Shown here: piece after piece, positions 22,311 through 30,886 of the stretch | Position numbering within the stretch: position 1 is the first letter of the stretch | How the letters are laid out: every line of letters starts with the position of its first letter | Source: Chloropicon primus | Lineage: Eukaryota | Assembly (NCBI GenBank): GCA_023205875.1 | Contig: CP060767.1 | Span: 434,001 to 498,000 of the forward strand | Length of the DNA: 64,000 bases | Direction: 5' to 3' | Made by a program: the position numbers and the translations under genes | Notes under the pieces: model-generated | Databases searched by the model: none | The model's input: only the letters and a program-made list of their open reading frames with translations | Told to the model about the DNA's origin: nothing

Positions 22311-22461
22311 AGTTAAAGTTGGCTTTCAGTTTTGCAGGCGTTGTCAGTGAGAGAGCAAACCGATTGTTGCTATGTTAGACTCCTGTGGACTAATGTGCTG
22401 ATGGAAAAATTGAATAACACATGTTGAGCTTTGAAAAAAATTTGTTTCTTTGTTATTCAAG

Positions 22462-22894
22462 TTAATGGTGAGCTGTTCGCCGAGGCTCAATGATTTTTGA
22501 CAAATCTTTTGCCGTCAGAGGGAATGCCTCTAAGCCGATTATGCCAGACATACCGCCATAGTCCAGAGTGCTGGATCCTTTCTTGCCGGAACCTATACAT
22601 GATATATCGTGCAATTCCCCCTCTAGATCCTTTTCCTTTATGTTTGCGCTCTTTGTTATGAAGTCGGGGTTCACGGAGTATGTGGGCCCCAACAATAATC
22701 CGTTTTCCCGAAAGCCTCCCTCTCTTTCTGCCGTTTGGAAAGATATGATGAGCATCATTCTTGCCGACGTTCTTGGATTTTTGCCAGCGCCGTGGCGTGT
22801 TGCTGCATTGTATATGAACCCATCTCCCAAGTTTAACGAGGGGGTGCACCTCTTGTACTGTTTTTGCAAAACATCTACAAATGGGTCAGTGTCG

Positions 22895-22929
<35 letters not shown>

Positions 22930-23755
22930 GTAATCATCATCATCTCTCGATTGGAAGAGACGGTGACTATCTGGATAAATGAATGTGATCCCATTTTCTT
23001 CTCTAGTAGGCTGTAAAGCAACAAACAAGGAGTAAATCTTCGGCACCCTCATATCCTCGTAGTGCGTTGCATTAAGAATAGTCCATTTGTCGCCACTGCC
23101 ACTTTCAAAATTCCTTTCTAGTTTTCCTCTTGCTCTATCCTTCGTAAGCCCGCAACAGATTGAACAAGCGTCAGCATGCGTGTTCTGAACAGTAGCATTG
23201 CAAGTCTGCAAGACGGACAACTCGACCAGCTTGGCTTTTTCACCCAGTATCCTCTCAAAGATGGGCCTCACTCTAGTCACAATCTTGTTCAAGGCTTTCA
23301 AGACCGGGCCCTGCTCCCGAGGGTCCAGAGGAAAGTCGTACCTTCCTTCGGGGTCTCTCAGATCTTTGGCGTAATACTTGTTCCCAGCAGTTCTCGGAGA
23401 CAATTCCTGGACCAAGTACTCTCTCAGCGTCAGGGCTTCCTTGGTATGTCAAGATTTCTTTCATGTACAAAGCCCCATGGTCGAAGAGCGCTCGGCTTGC
23501 TCGAACGTCGTTCTGCCTCCAGTCCTCCACCGAGTAGTCTCTCCAGCAGTCTTCCTCGTAAAATCTGTCGTAGTACCCTTCGTCCAGACTGTAGTCACAC
23601 CTTTGATGAGGTTTCACTGTCGAGGTTTGCTTGCCCTTTTTATTCCTCGTCGGCGATACTGTGACGAGCAGGAGGAGCACACATGTGCCCACAATGACAC
23701 GCAGGACATTTGAAGACGGAGACTGTGACCTCTTCCAGGCTGCTCCCCCCTTCAT
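22462..23755 (-). CDS. Membrane-anchored PhyH-like 2OG-Fe(II) dioxygenase with a 1-bp insertion near 23441 (pseudogene or consensus error)
   Basis: QNTHAD (HxD) and HGAGKN...RMM; N-terminal TM (VIVGTCVLLLLV). CATACCAAGGAAG here vs CATACCAGGAAG in the paralogue at 58033. Confidence 0.8.
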
Positions 23756-23772
23756 ATGTTTTGCTCCCTCCT

Positions 23773-24275
23773 TCCTTCCTACCAGACGACGTTGTCACCA
23801 GATGATATCGGGGAAGGAGCAGACTCGTCTACCAGTGGTGCTCACGCTGGAATTTCAACCCCTGTTGGCTTCCTCCCGTAAAGGCTATCGCTTGAGGATA
23901 CTGGAAACAGCCGTACTTTCACCCCTTCACCGCTCGCTCGCTCTTTCTCGTTCTCTCTGTCACACAACTGTAAACCGACTCAGTCGGCTTGGAAACTTTC
24001 CAGTGAGAGAGGGGGGGGGAAACCGACTCAATTTACCGACCATGAAACGACGGTAACTATATTTTCTTGTGGCCCCCGACACAAACTCAGTCGGTTTCCA
24101 GTGAGAGAGAGGGGGGGAAACCGACTCAATTTACCGACCATGAAACGACGGTAACTATATTTTCTTGTGGCCCCCGACACAAACTCAGTCGGTTTCCAGT
24201 GAGAGAGGGGGGGAAACCGACTCAATTTACCGACCATGAAACGACGGTAACTATATTTTCTTGTGGCCCCCGACA
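23773..24275 (-). repeat. 503-bp inverted duplicate of 20055-20557 (upstream block plus ~2.8 minisatellite units)
   Basis: Reverse-complement match with about 2 mismatches; the variable C-run lengths (9, 7, 7) recur in mirror order. Confidence 0.95.
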
Positions 24276-24280
24276 GAAGT

Positions 24281-24310
24281 TGAATTATCAGGCACGTGCC
24301 TGATAATTCA
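24281..24310. repeat. Perfect 30-bp palindrome TGAATTATCAGGCAC|GTGCCTGATAATTCA
   Basis: Self reverse-complementary with no spacer, centred on CACGTG. Confidence 0.97.
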
Positions 24311-24439
24311 GGGGAATATAACCGCTGTTTAGGTCGTGGGCCGCTTTTCGGTTACGGGGGGCTTTACGGTAAACACCGGGAGGCGCTCGCCGTCCGTCGC
24401 CGGTCCGTCGCCGTTGAACTCCCTTCAGCTCGCTTCAGG

Positions 24440-25897
24440 ATGAACTCCTCCTCCTCCTCCTACAAGGTCATCGTCGTCGGGGCGGGCCTGGCGGGGCTTT
24501 CGTGCGCCTCCAAGCTCCTCGACTCCCTCGCCCCGTCGGACGTGGTCATCGTGGAGGCCCTGGACCGTGCCGGCGGGCGGACGCTCACCTCGTGCCTGCC
24601 AGAAGACGAGCCCGTCGACGTGGGCGCCTGCTGGGTGTGCCCCAGGCAGAAGAACGTGCACCGCCTGTTGCGAGAGCACGGGCTGGACGTCATCGAACAG
24701 CAGACCTCGGGAATTCGCGTCGGAGTGCGAAGCGCGGGCGGGCTCACCGGATGGCTGAGCCGCGCGTTCGGGAGGGAGACCACCACCACCACCACGACGT
24801 TGTTCACGACGCTTCGGGGGCTGCCCGCTTGGGACTTGATCCAGTACGCGCTTCTGACGCGCCGCGTCAACCGCATGGCGAGGGCGATCCCGATCGGGCG
24901 GCCGTGGGACGCCAAAGGCGCCGAGAGGCTGGACTCCTCGTCCGTGATGGCGTGGCTCAAGGAGGAGGGAGCTCCGAACAACTCGACCGCGAGAGGGCTG
25001 ATGGCCGCCACCGTGCAGAGCGTGTTCTGCGCCGACGCCTCCCAGATCTCCATGCTTCTCTTCCTGACCGTCGTCGCAGAGGAGGGCGGCGTGGAGGTCC
25101 TTCTGGAGGAGGCCCAAACGCAGCGCGTCGCCCAGGGCAACGGGACGCTGTCGCGCAGGCTCGCGGCGTCCCTGGTGGAGAGGGGCGTCGAGATCAGGCT
25201 GGGGGCCGAGGTGGTGGAGTGCTCCCACTCGGCGACGGACGGGGCGACCGTCGCGACGAGGGACGGAGCGAGGTTCAGGGGGCGGCGGGTCGTGCTCGCC
25301 GTGCCGCCCCCCGCCCTCGCGGGTCTCTCGCTCGAGCCCAAGCTCGCCGGACCCCTCGGCGCCGAGGTGGCCGCGCAGAGGATGGGCAAGGTCATCAAGG
25401 TGGTCGTCGAGTTCGCCGCGCGTTGGTGGGAGGGCGCGCACTGCGCCATGGTGGACCCCGAGATCCTGACGACCACCCTCGCCTTCGACGTGTCTCCCCT
25501 CCAGGGCCCCCCGCGCCACGTCCTGGCCATCTTCTTCTTCGGCGCCAAGGCCGAGCACTGGAGCGCGACGAAGACTCCGGAGGAGAGAAGGGAGGAGGCG
25601 GTGCGCTGCGCCCGGCTTATGTTTGGCGAGGCGGCCGACCAGGCGCCTTGCGAGGTCGTGGCCTCCGTGGAGGGCGACTGGCCCGCCGTCCCGTTCATCC
25701 GCGGGGGGTACATGTCCTATCCCGTCCTATCCTCCATCACACAGACCAAGTCGTACAGCTCCTCCGTTCCGCAATCTTGCTTGCACTTTGCCAGCACCGA
25801 GAACGCCTCGGCGTGGAGGGGCTACATGGACGGGGCCATCCAGTCAGGCGAGAGGGCGGCCGCGGAGGTCGCCGAGGCGCTCCAAACCACCACGTGA
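24440..25897 (+). CDS. Flavin-containing (mono)amine oxidase
   Basis: VIVVGAGLAGL dinucleotide fold, EA.DRAGGRT, DVGACWV, LHFASTE...WRGYMDGAIQSGERAA. Intronless and very GC-rich. Confidence 0.92.
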   Translation: MNSSSSSYKVIVVGAGLAGLSCASKLLDSLAPSDVVIVEALDRAGGRTLTSCLPEDEPVDVGACWVCPRQKNVHRLLREHGLDVIEQQTSGIRVGVRSAGGLTGWLSRAFGRETTTTTTTLFTTLRGLPAWDLIQYALLTRRVNRMARAIPIGRPWDAKGAERLDSSSVMAWLKEEGAPNNSTARGLMAATVQSVFCADASQISMLLFLTVVAEEGGVEVLLEEAQTQRVAQGNGTLSRRLAASLVERGVEIRLGAEVVECSHSATDGATVATRDGARFRGRRVVLAVPPPALAGLSLEPKLAGPLGAEVAAQRMGKVIKVVVEFAARWWEGAHCAMVDPEILTTTLAFDVSPLQGPPRHVLAIFFFGAKAEHWSATKTPEERREEAVRCARLMFGEAADQAPCEVVASVEGDWPAVPFIRGGYMSYPVLSSITQTKSYSSSVPQSCLHFASTENASAWRGYMDGAIQSGERAAAEVAEALQTTT

Positions 25898-25972
25898 TGA
25901 GGAGAAAGGCATTTTTTTCATTTGTGTTGCGCTTGTAATCGAACGGCAGTTAAAGAGAGAGAAAAAGAAGAG

Positions 25973-26316
25973 ATGGCAGTTTGGACCGCCATTGCGCACC
26001 CGAGCCCACGCACGCCGTTGGCCTGGGGACCACCCACCTTTCTTGCATCCATCCATCCATCCTCCAACACTCATGATCATGATCATGATCATGATCGATC
26101 GATCGCCCCCCCTGCTAGTGATGTGATCGATCGCGGAGGGGGGAAAAGACATGGCAGTTTGGACCGCCATTGCGCACCCGAGCCCACGCACGCCGTTGGC
26201 CTGGGGACCACCCACCTTTCTTGCATCCATCCATCCATCCTCCAACACTCATGATCATGATCATGATCGATCGATCGCCCCCCCTGCTAGTGATGTGATC
26301 GATCGCGGAGGGGGGA
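25973..26316 (+). repeat. ~178-bp tandem duplication containing (CATC)n, (CATGAT)n and GATC runs
   Basis: ATGGCAGTTTGGACCGCC at 25973 and 26151; the copies differ by one CATGAT unit. Confidence 0.95.
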
Positions 26317-26628
26317 TGCCCTTGCGTTTGCGGAGGCCGAGCCGATCGGATCGATTCGACAAACCGAGGACGAGCCGAGCGTCTGTGGGATCGGATTGGA
26401 TCGGGTTGTGGAGGACGAGCACGAGAGAAGGAGGACAGGAAGCATCCCTCTGTCTCTTTCTCTTTCGATTGACTTGAGAAGAGACAGAGCAGAGCAAAGT
26501 AGAGTTTGGATCCTCCTGGGATCCTGGACCAAGTACTCTCCTTTTCTTTTCCCTTCTCGTGCGTGGCTTTGTGTGTTTAGCGAACAGAACAAGCAAGAGG
26601 ATTCTGCTGGGGGTCGACGAGTCATACA

Positions 26629-29600
26629 ATGAGTCATTCGCGTGAGTTGAGTCGCATCAAGGCGTGGCTGAGAGGCATCTCACTAGAGGAGGGGGAGGAA
26701 CTCGACGAGGAGGAGGCACGAAAGGCGGTGCACTTTGCCTACGTGAACGTGAACCATCAAGGGGGTGTCAGCGGAGAAGGTGGAGGGGCTACAATTACGA
26801 GAGGGTTAGAGGAGCACAACTTTGTGGAGAAAGTTTTGGTTCCTTTGCTGCCATCGGTTATGGGTTCGACTCTTGGTGCTGGCAAGAAACGGAAGAGGGG
26901 GGAGGACGAGCGAAAGGAGTTCCTTGTCGTGTGCATGGCTATGGTGGTGGAGAAGGACAGGCAAGGGTTGCCACAGTGGGATGCACTTGCTTCGGGCGAG
27001 AGATTGAGCAGAGAAGAATTCGATTTGTTCCTTCGATCTTGCGGGGCATTGATTTCGAGGCCACAGGGTTTAGAGGCGGCGGAGACGCGGGTCTGGCTCG
27101 CGTTTTTCACGGTCACCTTCAGGTCTCTGGAGAACCCGTGGGTTCGCAACACCGTGCTCAAGCTTGTTTCTCTTCAGCTTTGGTGCTTTCTTGCTGATAA
27201 CAAGCGAGAAGAAGAGTTTGCTGCAATCCCAAAGCTGAGAAAATACTGGAACAAAGTGATGAAAAAGGAGAAGAAGGAAGAAGAAGCGTTGGGAAGTTCG
27301 TATGTTCCCCTCTTGAACAAGCTGGAGGCCAAGTTCTTTCCGAGTTTGTACGGAGTCTGCATGGGAAAAATCGATGAGCTCGGCGCTGGTGCCACGAACG
27401 GCACTAGTGAAAGAGAGGTCGCGATCGAGAACTCTGAGCTCTTTCTGCAGCTGGTGACTGAGCTTTTGAGCCAGCTTCCAACGCGCAGGTTTGTGAAGAC
27501 ATATTTGATCAACCAAGGCTTTCTGGTCAGGTGCAGGCGGACCTTGGGTGACTTTTCCCCACATCGTCACCATGATCTCAGTCTGCTGTCCAGACTGATA
27601 GAATGGATCGAAGAGTTGATGCACTTCGAGGTGAACGACCAGGATGGCACACCAATATCTGATGAGGATATGCTTGAGCTCCACTACGAAAGAGTCCAGA
27701 AACTCCAGAGAATGGTCTTCAAGATCTTTACAAAGCTGAAAAAGTTTCCCCTCGTCAATTGCAGCAAGGCCTGTGAGGAAGAATTCATAAAGCATGAAAT
27801 CGTCTCGAGGCTTTGTGACGAAGAGCTGCGCGCATTTGTTACTGAAGAGAGCAGGATCTTGGACCCGAGAAGCCCCCTTGCAAAGGAGAGAGAGGCTCTC
27901 GTTGATGTGCTGGTGCAAGCACTGAGAAAGCCGAAACCCAGGATGAAGTTTCTCGAGATGCTCCCTCTTTATCCGACAGAAGCAGTTCTGTTCGACACCG
28001 CTGGATCCATCGTACCAGACAGCCAAGGCAAAAACAATTCATCGTCTTCGTACAAACCCAGTGATGTGACGGGTTTGCCGCGACTGAACCTTCAGTTTCT
28101 AACATTTAGAGACTACTTGGTGAGGAATTTTCGATTGCTTCAGCTGGAGGCTGCCTATGAGATCAGGGAGGACATCAAAGAAGTTATTCCAAGGATGGGA
28201 GCCTACCTGAACGACGATGATGAATTGGCGTTCTCTGGTTGGGCTAGGATGGCGTCCCCTGTGCGATCTTTCCGCGTGGTGGACGTGGGGCAGCCGAATT
28301 TAGGGGAAGAAAAGCCGAGCCACGTTCGCGCGGAAATCGAGATCGACTTGAGTGGCTACAAGAGGCGTGATATCAAGAACGAGTGGGATGCCATCAAGAA
28401 GCATGATGTGCTTTTTCTTATTGCTGTGGACCCATATCCAGAGGAGGAGCCGCGGGGTGCAGGGAAAGGGGGGGAGGGCAACCAAGAGGACTTTCGGGCT
28501 GCGAGCAATGGGGTAAAGCACGTGAGAGGTTGTGAGGTGATTGGCATCAGGGACGAGAAAGGCGAGTCCCTGTGCCACTTTGGCTTTCACGAGGTGTACC
28601 ATCCTCCCTCTGGAAGTAAAAGAACGCTAATAGTGTCCTTGGATTCGATTCAGTACCATCAGGATGTGGTGGCAAAGAGGGACAAGAGCGTCTACAACTC
28701 CTTCGGCCTTCTAGTCCGGAGAGGAGCGCGGGAGAGCAACTTCAAAGCCGTGTTGGAGTGCATCAGAGACCTGGCAAAAGAGGACACGATGCTTCCAAAT
28801 TGGCTCCACGATGTCTTTCTTGGGTATGGCGACCCAGCTTCCTCCCACTGCACCAGCATGCCTGAAGATCAAATCATGGAGATAGACTTCAGAGACACCT
28901 TTCTTGATGCAGATCACCTCGTGAGATCCTTTCCTGGTTGGAAGATTCGCTTTACCGGCGGGAAGGAATCTCTTCGCAACAGCAGATGTTGCTTCAGGGT
29001 GAAGTTCCGTGAGGCCTTGTCGAGAAGCGGGCAGGAAGGAAGGGCTTCACAGATCATGAAAATCTCTGCGGGCTCCATGCTCGTGGAGCCCTATGACCGC
29101 AGAAACGCAACAACGGAAAATGCCGTGGAATTTACAGCTGTGCAAGCGACCGCAATCCTCTCGGGGTTGCAGAGGGGGCTCACGATGATTGTGGGACCTC
29201 CAGGAACAGGGAAGACCGACGTGGCGGTTCAAATCCTCGAGCTTCTGTATCATAATTACTCAGGAGAGCGGATACTCTTGTTGACCCACTCGAACCAAGC
29301 ACTTAATGACTTGTTCATGAAGATCATGAAGAGAGATGTACCGGCTCGTTACCTCCTGAGATTGGGGATGGGAGAGCAAGAGTTGGAGACTGATATGGAG
29401 TTCAGCAGACTTGGCAGGGTCAATGCCATGCTAGAAAGAAGATTGAGGCTCTTGTCCGAGGTTGCCCGACTGTCAAGCTCCATGGGCGTGACCGGAGACT
29501 ACGCCAGCACCTGTGAGAATTGCTCTCACTTTTGGCTCCTTCATGTTTTGTCAAAGTGGGAGCAGTATGAGGACAGATGCAAGAAGGACAAATCTCCCTC

Positions 29601-30843
29601 AGCGATAACCGAGGGATTTCCCTTCAAACCGTACTTTGAGGGTGAATCCAAGAGCCTGTTCCCCGCGGAATCGTCGGCGGAAGAAAACATGGCGATAGCG
29701 CGGAGCTGCTTCATGAAATTGAAGGAACTGTTCGCAGGGATAGAAGAATGCAGACCCTTTGAGCTGCTGCACAGTCAAACGGATCGATTGAATTACTTGA
29801 TGACAAAGCAAGCGAAGATAGTGGCGATGACTTGCACGTATGCTGCAATGAAGAGGAGCGACTTCGTGAAGCTGGCTCTTGAATTTGATAGCGTCGTGAT
29901 GGAGGAATCCGCTCAAGTCCTGGATATTGAAACCATTATTCCATTGCGACTTCAGAGGGATGTGGACGGCATGTCTCGCCTGAAAAGGTGCATACTCGTT
30001 GGAGATCACAACCAGCTGCCTCCTGTGGTGAAAAACAAGTCATTGAGTCGATCGAGCAACCTCGAGCAGAGTCTCTTTACCAGGTTGATCAGGCTTGGGG
30101 CCCCTTACATTGAGCTGAACGCTCAGGGTCGCTCAAGGCCATCCATCGCTGAGCTTTACAATTGGAGATACGAAAGTTTGGGGGATCTGAAAGTTGTAGG
30201 CGAGGGGGAATATCTTTTTGCGAACCCTGGCTTTGCGTTTGACTATCAATTCATTAACGTGAATGACTACAATGGTCAGGGAGAATACATTCCGGCCCCC
30301 CATTACGTCCAGAACTTGGGCGAGGCTGAATATGCTGTTACCCTTTATCAGCACATGAGGCTGCTCGGCTACCCGGCAGATAAGATTACCATTTTGACCA
30401 CATACAACGGCCAGAAAGCCTTGATCAAAGATGTTGTTCAGAGGAGGTGCTCCCATTACCTGTTCGGGAGTCCAGCAAAGGTTGAGACGGTGGACAGGTT
30501 TCAGGGTCAGCAGAATGACTATGTCATTCTGTCGCTGGTGAGGACGAGAAGCGTTGGCCATATCAGAGATGTCAGACGTCTCGTGGTAGCGATGTCCAGA
30601 GCTCGTCTTGGCTTGTTCGTATTGGGAAGGGAATCCTTGTTTTCTGGCTGCCTAGAGCTCAAGCCAACATTCAAAAAGCTTCTTGAACGTCCAACAGAGT
30701 TGCAAATCGTGCCGGGAGAAGGATACGCGTCGAAGCCGAAGGTGTCTGATGAGCGCAAGCCCGTGCCTATTAGCATGGAAAACCTGACAAGGCAAGTTGT
30801 GGAGGATGTCCAGAAACGAGAGAAGCAAAATTATAAGGGTTGA
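26629..30843 (+). CDS. AQR: Intron-binding spliceosomal RNA helicase Aquarius
   Basis: LLSQLPTRRF, LPRLNLQFLT, GPPGTGKTDVAVQI, LLRLGMGEQEL, QNLGEAEYAV, RRLVVAMSRARLG. Confidence 0.97.
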   Translation: MSHSRELSRIKAWLRGISLEEGEELDEEEARKAVHFAYVNVNHQGGVSGEGGGATITRGLEEHNFVEKVLVPLLPSVMGSTLGAGKKRKRGEDERKEFLVVCMAMVVEKDRQGLPQWDALASGERLSREEFDLFLRSCGALISRPQGLEAAETRVWLAFFTVTFRSLENPWVRNTVLKLVSLQLWCFLADNKREEEFAAIPKLRKYWNKVMKKEKKEEEALGSSYVPLLNKLEAKFFPSLYGVCMGKIDELGAGATNGTSEREVAIENSELFLQLVTELLSQLPTRRFVKTYLINQGFLVRCRRTLGDFSPHRHHDLSLLSRLIEWIEELMHFEVNDQDGTPISDEDMLELHYERVQKLQRMVFKIFTKLKKFPLVNCSKACEEEFIKHEIVSRLCDEELRAFVTEESRILDPRSPLAKEREALVDVLVQALRKPKPRMKFLEMLPLYPTEAVLFDTAGSIVPDSQGKNNSSSSYKPSDVTGLPRLNLQFLTFRDYLVRNFRLLQLEAAYEIREDIKEVIPRMGAYLNDDDELAFSGWARMASPVRSFRVVDVGQPNLGEEKPSHVRAEIEIDLSGYKRRDIKNEWDAIKKHDVLFLIAVDPYPEEEPRGAGKGGEGNQEDFRAASNGVKHVRGCEVIGIRDEKGESLCHFGFHEVYHPPSGSKRTLIVSLDSIQYHQDVVAKRDKSVYNSFGLLVRRGARESNFKAVLECIRDLAKEDTMLPNWLHDVFLGYGDPASSHCTSMPEDQIMEIDFRDTFLDADHLVRSFPGWKIRFTGGKESLRNSRCCFRVKFREALSRSGQEGRASQIMKISAGSMLVEPYDRRNATTENAVEFTAVQATAILSGLQRGLTMIVGPPGTGKTDVAVQILELLYHNYSGERILLLTHSNQALNDLFMKIMKRDVPARYLLRLGMGEQELETDMEFSRLGRVNAMLERRLRLLSEVARLSSSMGVTGDYASTCENCSHFWLLHVLSKWEQYEDRCKKDKSPSAITEGFPFKPYFEGESKSLFPAESSAEENMAIARSCFMKLKELFAGIEECRPFELLHSQTDRLNYLMTKQAKIVAMTCTYAAMKRSDFVKLALEFDSVVMEESAQVLDIETIIPLRLQRDVDGMSRLKRCILVGDHNQLPPVVKNKSLSRSSNLEQSLFTRLIRLGAPYIELNAQGRSRPSIAELYNWRYESLGDLKVVGEGEYLFANPGFAFDYQFINVNDYNGQGEYIPAPHYVQNLGEAEYAVTLYQHMRLLGYPADKITILTTYNGQKALIKDVVQRRCSHYLFGSPAKVETVDRFQGQQNDYVILSLVRTRSVGHIRDVRRLVVAMSRARLGLFVLGRESLFSGCLELKPTFKKLLERPTELQIVPGEGYASKPKVSDERKPVPISMENLTRQVVEDVQKREKQNYKG

Positions 30844-30886
30844 AACTATTTGTTGTAAGATTGTTTGTTTCATGCATTGCTTTTGC

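Noticed and set aside
19783..24310. Autonomous DNA transposon
   Set aside because: No transposase ORF and no target-site duplication found at the plausible ends.
24425..25938. 377-478 aa overlapping ORFs on the amine oxidase
   Set aside because: Expected from very high GC; low-complexity Arg/Gly/Ala translations.
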